Shown: positions 29,353 to 37,854 of the stretch, in pieces
Layout: the number at the start of each line of letters is the position of its first letter
Position numbering within the stretch: position 1 is the stretch's first letter
Assembly: GCA_047621945.1 (NCBI GenBank)
Contig: JBLHMK010000001.1
Coordinates: 22,237-86,236, forward strand
DNA length: 64,000 bases
Reading direction: 5' to 3'
Source: Flavobacteriaceae bacterium
Lineage (GTDB): Bacteria > Bacteroidota > Bacteroidia > Chitinophagales > UBA8649
Made by a program: the position numbers and the translations under genes
The notes under the pieces: model-generated
Database searches by the model: none
Told to the model about the DNA's origin: nothing
The model's input: the letters and a program-made list of their open reading frames with translations, nothing else

Positions 29353-30345
29353 ATGTCCGACAAGCTTAAAATAGTACTAACAGGAGGAAATGGTTTCTTA
29401 GGAAGTCATCTAGTGGATAGACTCCTATTGGAGAATACCGAAGTTCATTGTATTGTGCGTGAATCAAGCAATTTAAAATGGCTTAATGGCAAAAACATAC
29501 ACATTCATACTTGCGGTTTGAAGGATATTGACGCTATGTCTAAGGTGTTTGAAAATGTGGATTACATTTTTCATCTGGCGGGAGTAGTAGCCGCATTGAG
29601 CTATGAGGATTACTATTATGGTAATGTAGAGCTGACGAAAAATTTATTAGAAGCTGCCCTACCACATAAGGAGGGTTTAAAGAAGATTGTAGTTACTAGT
29701 AGTTTAGCTGTAGGTGGCCCTTGCACTAAAGAAACTCCTATTGATGAAACCGGTGGATTTAATGCGATTTCTTTATATGGCAAAGCAAAAGTAGAGCAAG
29801 AGCAACTATGCGCTCAGTATTATAATCGACTTCCTATTACAATTGCGCGACCTTCCGTAATAAGTGGAGAAAGAGAAGTAGAATTGTTTGAATTTATCAA
29901 AACAGTAAATCAAGGCTTGGTGCCTTTAGTGGGCTCCGAAGACAAGTATGTGGGTATCGTAAATGTAAAAGACTTAACAGAAGGATTCTATCAAATGGCG
30001 TTATCAAGTAATACTGCTGGGGAAGCTTATTATATGAGTTCGGAAGAAGTCATTTCATGGAAAGAACTTGGGGAGATTTGTGCAAATAAATTAGGTAACA
30101 AACCGCTGTATCTGCACTTACCCCATTTTGTTATTCGCTCAGCAGGAGCTATTGCTGGATTTTTCGGGAAGCTAAGTGGCAAGGCGCCAACATTTGATGT
30201 AGAAAAGGCAAAAGAAGGGGTCGAAAGTGCTTGGATATGTAAGGTGAATAAAGCCAAAAGTGACTTTGGCTTTGTACAGACGGTTTCTATCAAAGATGGG
30301 GTGGAACAAGCTATTGATTGGTATAAAGAAAATAATTGGTTGTAA
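29353..30345 (+). CDS. Extended-SDR NAD(P)-dependent epimerase/dehydratase-family reductase
   Basis: 330-aa ORF. Rossmann motif KIVLTGGNGFLGSHL and catalytic YGKAK. Divergent from the Spt-like gene across about 70 bp. Confidence 0.8.
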   Translation: MSDKLKIVLTGGNGFLGSHLVDRLLLENTEVHCIVRESSNLKWLNGKNIHIHTCGLKDIDAMSKVFENVDYIFHLAGVVAALSYEDYYYGNVELTKNLLEAALPHKEGLKKIVVTSSLAVGGPCTKETPIDETGGFNAISLYGKAKVEQEQLCAQYYNRLPITIARPSVISGEREVELFEFIKTVNQGLVPLVGSEDKYVGIVNVKDLTEGFYQMALSSNTAGEAYYMSSEEVISWKELGEICANKLGNKPLYLHLPHFVIRSAGAIAGFFGKLSGKAPTFDVEKAKEGVESAWICKVNKAKSDFGFVQTVSIKDGVEQAIDWYKENNWL

Positions 30346-30433
30346 AGGGTTTTTGATTGGCAAAGTGAGTGCTGAAAGTCACAAAAGAATGAACCAAGAG
30401 CGCATAGCTTCGCAGTTCTAAAAACAATGAATT

Positions 30434-30745
30434 ATGATAGGAAAATGGATTAAAAAGTTTTTAGGAATGCCAGATGCGGATGAGTTAAAATCTTTTGCAG
30501 AGAGAGGGGCTGTAATTATTGATGTGCGAACCAAGGGAGAATTTCAATCAGGACATGGAAAGAATGCTAAAAACATTCCACTTGACCGAATATCCACTGA
30601 AGCAGGAAAGATAAAAGCGATGAAAAAACCGATCATTGTCTGTTGCCGTTCAGGAGCAAGAAGTGGTCAAGCAGCTACTATTTTAAAAGGCAAGGGGATT
30701 GACGTAATGAATGGAGGTGCTTGGCAAAATGTAGCCAATCTCTAA
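30434..30745 (+). CDS. Rhodanese-like domain protein
   Basis: 103-aa single-domain ORF with active-site loop CCRSGARSGQAA. Confidence 0.85.
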   Translation: MIGKWIKKFLGMPDADELKSFAERGAVIIDVRTKGEFQSGHGKNAKNIPLDRISTEAGKIKAMKKPIIVCCRSGARSGQAATILKGKGIDVMNGGAWQNVANL

Positions 30746-30748
30746 ACA

Positions 30749-32290
30749 CTAGTCGTGTTCGTCTTTACCATATAGGTATTCACCAACTTTCACTTTACCA
30801 TAGATATCTTCAAAGTGTTTATATTCTGTCATGGTAACCCTTCTATTGATGTGCTTTCTAGTAATCTCATCAGTATGTTTTAAACCGGCAGCAGCTAAGA
30901 GTTCTACTAATGATTCGATGGTTTCATGATGGTAGTTGGCTACATGTTTTTTCTTTTCTTTTACGACAAGACCTTGCATTAAACTATTGTTTTGGGTGGT
31001 TATACCTGTTGGACAAGAGTTGTTATTGCATTCTAAAGCTTGAATACATCCTAATGCCAGCATCATAGCACGAGCAGAATAACATACATCCGCTCCTAGT
31101 GCTATGGTTTTAATAATATGGAAGGCGGTTGTTATTTTACCAGCTGCTATAATTTTGATGTGCTTTTTAATATTATAACCCACCAAACAATTACTGGCAA
31201 ATGTCAAGCCGTCCTTGTAAGGCATTCCCACTGAATTGGTGAATTCTAATGGTGCAGCACCGGTCCCCCCTTCGCCACCATCTATGGCAATAAAATCGGG
31301 ATAAATGTCTAAACGAATCATGGTCTTGCAAAGGGCATGAAATTCCTCTTTACTTCCTATACATAGCTTAAATCCTACAGGTTTTCCATCGGATAACTCT
31401 CTTAGCTTTTGAACAAATTGAATTAATCCTTCAAATTCTTTAAAAGCCCTATGATAAGGCGGAGAATAAACAGTTTTTCCAACTTCCACGTTTCTAATTG
31501 CGGCTATTTCTTTTGTTACTTTTTTGCCAGGTAAGATTCCTCCATGACCGGGTTTAGCTCCTTGTGAAAGCTTCAGTTCAATCATTTTAACTTCTGGTCT
31601 TAAGGCATTTTTTCGGAACAAATCTCCGTCGAAATTCCCTTCTTTATCTCTACAACCAAAATACCCCGTTCCTACCTGCCAAATAAGATCTCCCCCAGGA
31701 TTTAAATGATAAGGGCTAATTCCTCCTTCACCGGTATTATGCGCAAAATGACCAATTTTTGCACCGCCATTTAAGGCTTCAATAGCATTAGCACTTAAGG
31801 AACCAAAACTCATAGCTGAAACATTCAACACACTAGCGCTGTATGGTTGCTTGCATTGATGATTCCCAATAGTAACTCTAGGGTCTTGATCTAAATCCTG
31901 AGGATTTAAAGAATGGATACAGTGATTCATCCATTCATATCCTTCAGCATAAATATCTAATTGTGTTCCAAATGGAGCACTATCTAAGTCTTTTTGTGCG
32001 CGTTGATAAACGACACTTCTACTTATTCGATTAATTGGAGTTCCATTGGTATCAGACTCTACAAAATACTGGTAGATTTTGGGGCGAAGTTCTTCCATTA
32101 AGAAACGGCCATGTCCTAAAACTGGAAAATTTCTTACCACAGGGTTAATACTAATATACATGTCATACAAGCCAAGAAGAATGATTGGGGCCAAAATAAT
32201 TAGGAACCAAAGTAGGGAAGTCCAAAGTACAGAAAACCCTAGTATTAGGGCGATAGAAATAATGCAGAATAATAAAAACGGTTTGCGCAT
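30749..32290 (-). CDS. FMN-binding glutamate synthase family protein (GltB domain 2-like), membrane-anchored
   Basis: Two N-terminal TM helices and a TIM-barrel FMN domain with DGGEGGTGAAP. The start is moved to Met16 (MRKPFLLFCII). Confidence 0.85.
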   Translation of the reverse strand: MRKPFLLFCIISIALILGFSVLWTSLLWFLIILAPIILLGLYDMYISINPVVRNFPVLGHGRFLMEELRPKIYQYFVESDTNGTPINRISRSVVYQRAQKDLDSAPFGTQLDIYAEGYEWMNHCIHSLNPQDLDQDPRVTIGNHQCKQPYSASVLNVSAMSFGSLSANAIEALNGGAKIGHFAHNTGEGGISPYHLNPGGDLIWQVGTGYFGCRDKEGNFDGDLFRKNALRPEVKMIELKLSQGAKPGHGGILPGKKVTKEIAAIRNVEVGKTVYSPPYHRAFKEFEGLIQFVQKLRELSDGKPVGFKLCIGSKEEFHALCKTMIRLDIYPDFIAIDGGEGGTGAAPLEFTNSVGMPYKDGLTFASNCLVGYNIKKHIKIIAAGKITTAFHIIKTIALGADVCYSARAMMLALGCIQALECNNNSCPTGITTQNNSLMQGLVVKEKKKHVANYHHETIESLVELLAAAGLKHTDEITRKHINRRVTMTEYKHFEDIYGKVKVGEYLYGKDEHD

Positions 32291-32395
32291 AACTGAATAA
32301 TTGTAGGTCGCAAAGTTGCTTAAGTTTTTGCACAATTCAAACCTTTATAATTCTAGAGCTTATTCTTATCTTTAGGATTATCTGAAAACTATATT

Positions 32396-34111
32396 ATGAA
32401 TCGTCCATTATTAAGCCTTTTATTCCTCATTCCTTTTTCGCTTTATAGTCAAGAAAAATTGCAAGTTGAAGTGGTTAAGGAAACCGCTGAAACTTTAGTT
32501 AACCTGAACAACTCTGCATACTTTATTGCGGATAAGGAGCAAAATCATTTAGCTGTTGATCTTGTGAAAGCGTATACGGTAGATAGCACATTTACGCGTA
32601 AAACGGAGCGGCACAGAGTAGTGGGTGGAGGATTGATTCGTGTTCTTGGTTTTAGATGGAAGTCAGTTAACCAAACTAGACAAAAAATGGTGGGGTGGGT
32701 CAATAAACACTACTTACACGGGATGAATGACGAAGCTCAATTTACAGAGTATGATATTAACTATGATTTGATTCCAAGCTTAGATAGATATAAAGACCTA
32801 GCCTATTATGCCTACCAAGAACAGTTTGGGATGAAGAAAGCAAAAAAGAAAAAAGAGAAGGGGAATGTGCCTTTTATTTACCCGCCAGATGATGCCGACA
32901 TGACCAAGTATCGCTTCCATTGTGAAAATACACCAGCGCTTGATTTTCGTACACAGTTGAATACGATGTTCTTTCCAGTGCACAGAAATAATGATTTATC
33001 TAAGCATCCTAATTTTATGAACCCACATCCAGTTATGGGAATGTATGGTATTTTGGTATTAGACTGTAATCATGGATGTCATCCAGAAATTCATCCTTAT
33101 GAATGGGTTTGGTGGTTGAATTTAACTGAAGAAAAAACAACGTGGAATGTAGGGTTCTTAAGGGATGTTAGTAATCGTTTCAAGCATTGGTCTACTAAAC
33201 GAAGAACTGGTGAAATTAATGTTCCTTTTACCTTTTCTCTGGATGAAGAAAATTGGTCCATTCAAATTGATCATCAGATGTTTGGGAATTTTAGTGAAGA
33301 AGGTTTTAAAGAATTAGACTTGCAAGGTGAGTATTATGCTTTTGATGAAACTTCACGAGTGTTTGAATTGGGTAATGATTTAAATGGGCAAAGTATTACC
33401 GTGAATAGCAATGTTAAAATACCTTATGAAAGTTTACAATACGCCCTGAGGAATCTTAAGTTGAATAAGCAGGAGAAGCTATTAACCGGCGAGTTGCATT
33501 TAGCCATGTCTATTAATGAGGTGTATACGGCGGAGATTATTACTTCGTCCTCTAAAATCGAGTCTGAATCTTCAGATTTTGGTCAGCTATTAGAGTTAAT
33601 GCAAGGTAGCTTTTCAAGTAAATTACAAGCAGCAAGCGACACTGATTATTATGATATATCGCTGCACATGTATCCGATATGGGAAGACCTTGGTCCAGGT
33701 TGGCTTTATGTAGAACAAGCTGTTTCTAGCATGCCGGACAAACCATACCGTCAACGAATCTATCAGGTCCAACAAATAGATGCAGCTAGTTTTAGAAGTG
33801 ATATTTATACCTTGCCAAATGAAGAAAGCGCCATTAGTAAGTGGAATGACCCTAGTTTTTTTGACCAATGGGAACCTGCAGATTTAAAGATGAAAGAGGG
33901 TTGTGGAGTATATTTGAAGAAGACTGGAGAATTTCAATTTGAAGGGTCAACACTAAATGGCACTTGTCTCAGTGATTTCCGTGGAGCAAGTTATACAACG
34001 TCTGTTGTTAATATCAATGCTGATGGTTTAGCTAATTGGGACAGGGGTTTTGATGCGAATGGCAGCCATGTTTGGGGCGCAGAAAAAGGGGCCTATGACT
34101 ATAAAAAGTAA
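32396..34111 (+). CDS. Secreted protein: unknown Cys/His-rich N-terminal domain fused to a CpcT/CpeT-like C-terminal domain
   Basis: 571-aa ORF. Signal peptide (LLFLIPFSLYSQ). The N-terminal ~380 aa carry HCENTP and LDCNHGCHPEIHPYEWVWW. The C-terminal ~175 aa (LMQGSFSS...DISLHMYPIW...YVEQAVSSMPDKPYRQRIYQV) resemble the CpcT/CpeT beta-barrel family. Confidence 0.5.
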   Translation: MNRPLLSLLFLIPFSLYSQEKLQVEVVKETAETLVNLNNSAYFIADKEQNHLAVDLVKAYTVDSTFTRKTERHRVVGGGLIRVLGFRWKSVNQTRQKMVGWVNKHYLHGMNDEAQFTEYDINYDLIPSLDRYKDLAYYAYQEQFGMKKAKKKKEKGNVPFIYPPDDADMTKYRFHCENTPALDFRTQLNTMFFPVHRNNDLSKHPNFMNPHPVMGMYGILVLDCNHGCHPEIHPYEWVWWLNLTEEKTTWNVGFLRDVSNRFKHWSTKRRTGEINVPFTFSLDEENWSIQIDHQMFGNFSEEGFKELDLQGEYYAFDETSRVFELGNDLNGQSITVNSNVKIPYESLQYALRNLKLNKQEKLLTGELHLAMSINEVYTAEIITSSSKIESESSDFGQLLELMQGSFSSKLQAASDTDYYDISLHMYPIWEDLGPGWLYVEQAVSSMPDKPYRQRIYQVQQIDAASFRSDIYTLPNEESAISKWNDPSFFDQWEPADLKMKEGCGVYLKKTGEFQFEGSTLNGTCLSDFRGASYTTSVVNINADGLANWDRGFDANGSHVWGAEKGAYDYKK

Positions 34112-34207
34112 AATTATTTATATAACTTTTTACAAAAAACCCTTGATTAGTTGTTAAAATCGAGAGTTAACATGGTATAGTGTGCCCTATCGGCAAAAAT
34201 AGATACC

Positions 34208-34513
34208 ATGAAAAGAACACTACTTTTTGTATTCATTTGCGGCTTATGAGCAAGTGCTTACGCTCAGATAAGATATACCATTGAAGCAGATTACTTTTAT
34301 AAATGTAATGGTTGCCAGGATTGTTACGGATTCGGTGCTGGAGATAGTGACTTTGAAATTTGCACGCGAATTCAAGATGGGTCAACCTTAGGTATATCTA
34401 ATTATGATGAAGAATGTTACGAACGAGAGGTAGAGAATTTTCCTTGCTTTCAGGAGGTTGTGGTTCTTATTTATGTGTTGTGGCCAATTCCTCATTTGCG
34501 GGAAAGAAAATAA
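34208..34513 (+). pseudogene. 5' remnant of a secreted-protein gene with an in-frame TGA in the signal peptide
   Basis: ATG 34208 gives MKRTLLFVFICGL, then TGA (34247-34249). The same frame continues ASAYAQIRYTIEADYFYKCNGCQDCYGFGAGDSDFEICTRIQDG... for 87 codons. Together these read as a classic signal peptide FICGL(L)ASAYAQ, and a single TTA to TGA change would explain the stop. It is not in the ORF track because the long part has no start codon. Confidence 0.55.
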
Positions 34514-34705
34514 TTACTTTAAGCTAAGGTCTTGTTAGCTTAAAAAGATAAAAATAAATCTGAAAACCAAAAACACTAACAGTTGAATTTCATCGTATTA
34601 TGAAAACGTTAGTCAGAATTTAATAAAAATAACATCCTCAAATTAAACCTTTTGAAGTATTGACCGTCTAACAAATAATATTAAGCTCTAAAAATAAAAA
34701 TTGCT

Positions 34706-35644
34706 ATGAAATTAGAATTTAAAAAAGCCTACAGAGGGATTAATAGCTTGCTTTTAATTATTTTATTTACATTTTTTGCTTGTAGTAAATCTGAAGATGA
34801 TAATATGAATAATGTGAATGAAACCGACCACCTAACCCATTTGCCCTTTGGAGGCAATGCTCCTACGAATATTTTGATCCAAAATCAAGGGGCACAAAAT
34901 CCTGATTTTCTTTCACTTTGGCTTTGTGGTCTTCCCTCCAATGGCGCTGGTGCTAATGATGCTAGTGATTGGACAAATGATGATGGTACTTGGGATTACA
35001 CAAAGAAACCTCAAGTAGAAGGAAACGTAACTTGGAATCACGAATTGAATATTATTTTAGATGGTAATGGAAACAGAATAATAACTGGAAATAATCTACC
35101 CAATCACCCTACAGGAGTTTTTCCTATTCAAGCCAATACGGAAGCTTGGAATTATGATAAGAATCCAAATATCATTTCAGAACAAGTTGTAAATTATACT
35201 TTACCAGCGTTACCAGAAATAGCTATAAGCCCAAGTTGTGTGGGTTTTGGACCTGCGGGATTTTCATTAACTGGAGCAGCTATTTATCATGGCGCTTCAA
35301 CACTTGGCACAGATGCAGCTGCTCATGAAATATTAGATAGATTTGGCGGTCATACAGATGGAACAGAAAGATACCATTATCATTATCCTGCTCAAGATTT
35401 GCAAGACCATATACATCCTCATGAAAATGGGCATTCAGCACTTATGGGTTATATGATTGATGGTTTTGCCATTTATGGTCCTTATGGTGAAAATGGCGAG
35501 TTGTTAAAATCTGAAGATTTAGATGAATGTCATGGACACGCCCATTCCGTTCTTTGGGATGGACAAATGGTCAGCTTATACCACTATCATTGGACCTATG
35601 ATTTCCCCTACAATATTGGTTGTTATAGAGGAACACCACAATAA
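34706..35644 (+). CDS. YHYH-domain lipoprotein
   Basis: 312-aa ORF. Lipobox FFAC. Two YHYH signatures (GTERYHYHYPAQ and VSLYHYHWTYDFPYN) characteristic of the YHYH protein family. Confidence 0.75.
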   Translation: MKLEFKKAYRGINSLLLIILFTFFACSKSEDDNMNNVNETDHLTHLPFGGNAPTNILIQNQGAQNPDFLSLWLCGLPSNGAGANDASDWTNDDGTWDYTKKPQVEGNVTWNHELNIILDGNGNRIITGNNLPNHPTGVFPIQANTEAWNYDKNPNIISEQVVNYTLPALPEIAISPSCVGFGPAGFSLTGAAIYHGASTLGTDAAAHEILDRFGGHTDGTERYHYHYPAQDLQDHIHPHENGHSALMGYMIDGFAIYGPYGENGELLKSEDLDECHGHAHSVLWDGQMVSLYHYHWTYDFPYNIGCYRGTPQ

Positions 35645-35661
35645 GTTTAAAATAACTTTTT

Positions 35662-36951
35662 ATGTTAAAATTCAAATATTTTTCACTAATACTTAGTCTT
35701 AGTTTTTTAATTGCCTCTTGTTCAAAAGACAATAATATTATAGCAACAATTACAAGTAGCCCTAATATTCTATTTATCATCGCGGATGATTTAGGCAAAG
35801 ATGCAATAAACGGATATCAAGAGGGTAGTATTAAGCCAACTACTCCAAATATTGATGCCATTAGAAATAATGGATTATTATTTAGCAACTTTTGGGTCAA
35901 TCCAACTTGCACCCCTACAAGAGCAGCAATAATAACAGGTAAGTATGGCTATCATACAAACGTTAAAGGTGTTGGAGATGTTTTAAATTCATCTGAAACA
36001 GTTATTCAAAAATACATTATCGATAACACAAACAATAAGTATGCTACTGCTGTAGTGGGCAAATGGCATTTGTCTGGGAACAATGCAAGCTTCAACCCTG
36101 AGTCTTTTGGTATTGACTATTATTCAGGCTTAATTAGAGGAGCTGTTGATGATTATTATCAATGGCAACTTTCAGAAAATGGTGGCAGTAGTTTACAAAC
36201 AGCTTATACCACAGAAGTTTTTACAGATTTAGCAATTGATTGGATGAATGAGCAAAGCAAACCTTGGTTTCTTTGGTTAGCTTATAATGCTCCACACACT
36301 CCTTTTCATTTGCCACCAAGCAATATGCACAGCCAAGGAAGTTTAGCCGAATACGTAACAGGTGTGAATGCGACTCCTTATTATATGGCTGCTATTGAAG
36401 CTATGGATTATCAAATTGGGAGATTATTAGATAGTATACCATCAGAAGATAGGGCTAATACAATAATTATTTTCATTGGAGATAATGGAACTCCAAACCA
36501 AGTTGCTCAAAGTCCTTATACAAGTTCTACCGTTAAAAACACTTTATACCAAGGAGGAATAAATGTTCCTATGTTTATTTCAGGCAATGGTGTTTCTAGA
36601 ACAGGAACGGAGGATAATATATTAAGCGGAACAGATCTTTTTGCAACTATTGCAGAAATTGCAGGAGTTAGTTTAAACGAATATAATGATAGTAAAAGTT
36701 TCAAATCTTTATTATCTCAATCTGATACCATTAGAAATTATCAATACTCAGAGTTAAATGATGGTACAACTGATTTCTGGACTATAAGTAATGGTACTTA
36801 TAAACTAATATTGCGCATAGGAAATGAAGAAATGTATCATTTAGCCAACGATCCTTATGAACAAATTAATTTATTGAATGGTAATTTGTCTTCAATAGAA
36901 CAGAATGTAAAACTGGAATTAGAAGCTGAATTGGATGTCATAAGGCAATAA
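35662..36951 (+). CDS. Sulfatase (formylglycine-dependent), lipoprotein
   Basis: 429-aa ORF. Lipobox IASC. Sulfatase signature CTPTRAAIITGKY (C-x-P-x-R) and N-terminal metal-binding IIADDLG. Confidence 0.85.
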   Translation: MLKFKYFSLILSLSFLIASCSKDNNIIATITSSPNILFIIADDLGKDAINGYQEGSIKPTTPNIDAIRNNGLLFSNFWVNPTCTPTRAAIITGKYGYHTNVKGVGDVLNSSETVIQKYIIDNTNNKYATAVVGKWHLSGNNASFNPESFGIDYYSGLIRGAVDDYYQWQLSENGGSSLQTAYTTEVFTDLAIDWMNEQSKPWFLWLAYNAPHTPFHLPPSNMHSQGSLAEYVTGVNATPYYMAAIEAMDYQIGRLLDSIPSEDRANTIIIFIGDNGTPNQVAQSPYTSSTVKNTLYQGGINVPMFISGNGVSRTGTEDNILSGTDLFATIAEIAGVSLNEYNDSKSFKSLLSQSDTIRNYQYSELNDGTTDFWTISNGTYKLILRIGNEEMYHLANDPYEQINLLNGNLSSIEQNVKLELEAELDVIRQ

Positions 36952-36987
36952 AGAAAACTGACTACAACAAAAAAACATAGGTAATAG

Positions 36988-37740
36988 CTTCCTATCGTTA
37001 GCTACTCCCCATATTCAAGCGATGGTTCTTGGTGATATTATTGTAATGATAATGGACCCCCATCTAATGATTTGGATGACATTTTGATATTCTCTGTGCG
37101 ACCAAATGGAAATGTTTTTGATGGTACTGCGAATATTATCTTACATGGTGTTCCAGGCTTTGCTGAAGACCCAGGAATAGAAGCAAGTTGGACAATGAGA
37201 AAATATTGGAATTTCACGGATACTTCTGGTTCTATTGTTAATCCAGTGGATTTACAGGTGCTGCGGGCGCCGGGCCAGGGAGTTCTCTATTGCCAGTAGA
37301 ATTGATGTTCTTCAAAGGAAAGCATATTGATGCAGGAAACCTATGGTATAATAAACTATGCTTATGTGGATGAAGAGTTTGCCAATGCTGTTAATTACTA
37401 TAGATTGAAGAATGAAGATTTTGATGGAACTTACGAGATCTCGGCTATTGATAATAACAAACAAGAGTTGGATGAAAGTAAGATCTTGTTATTGTACCCT
37501 AATCCTTCAACTCAAGGCTTAATCAATTTGGATGCCTTTATTGCAAATGAAGGAGAGTTTAGAATTGAGGTATATGATTTAGTAGGTAAGAAAATTTCTA
37601 GCCATAAAGTGTACCTTGATAAGGGTAAACAAACTATTCAAGTTAATTTTGATGGAATGGGAAGTGGTTCCTTCATTGCTGAAAAGCTTGAAACATCTAC
37701 CAATGAACGAGTAAAGAAAAAGTTTGTTCGAACTAATTAG
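36988..37740 (+). pseudogene. 3' remnant of a T9SS-secreted protein gene (in-frame TGA, two frameshifts, internal deletion)
   Basis: Frame 1 is open from 36988 with an in-frame TGA at 37033-37035 (SSDGSW*YYCNDNGPP). The conserved PVELMFFKGKHIDAGN motif is readable only in frame 3 (37242-37373). Frame 1 resumes with YAYVDEEFANAVNYYRLKNEDFDGTYE and an intact T9SS C-terminal domain (ILLLYPNPSTQGLINL...). Track ORFs 37072..37299 and 37327..37740 are fragments of this remnant. Confidence 0.65.
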
Positions 37741-37750
37741 CATACTAAAC

Positions 37751-37778
37751 GGACTTGAGTTAACTCAAGTCCTTTTTT
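37751..37778 (+). terminator. Intrinsic terminator
   Basis: Perfect 22-nt palindrome ggacttgagttaactcaagtcc followed by T6, 10 nt after the stop at 37740. Confidence 0.75.
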
Positions 37779-37854
37779 ATTTCTTTCCTGATAGTTAGCA
37801 TAACTTTTTTGTTAAACGCACATTCCTTCCGTTTAGCTTTAGTAATTTTGCACA

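Noticed and set aside
34247-37035. Possible non-standard genetic code or selenocysteine. Both in-frame stops in the decayed secreted-protein fragments are TGA, and TGA terminates only 1 of ~57 genes in the window (TAA ~44, TAG ~12).
   Set aside because: All other genes, including 1169-aa and 1275-aa ORFs, are uninterrupted under the standard code. The response regulator ends naturally (…GVGYKFHA) at a TGA that overlaps the kinase ATG. One TGA sits in a signal peptide, where Sec makes no sense, and I noticed no SECIS-like stem-loop. AT-rich codon bias plus pseudogenisation explains it better.
37072-37740. Track ORFs 37072..37299 (75 aa) and 37327..37740 (137 aa) treated as independent small genes.
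   Set aside because: They lie in the same frame and are separated by stops. The conserved motif between them is in another frame. Together they read as fragments of one decayed T9SS cargo gene.
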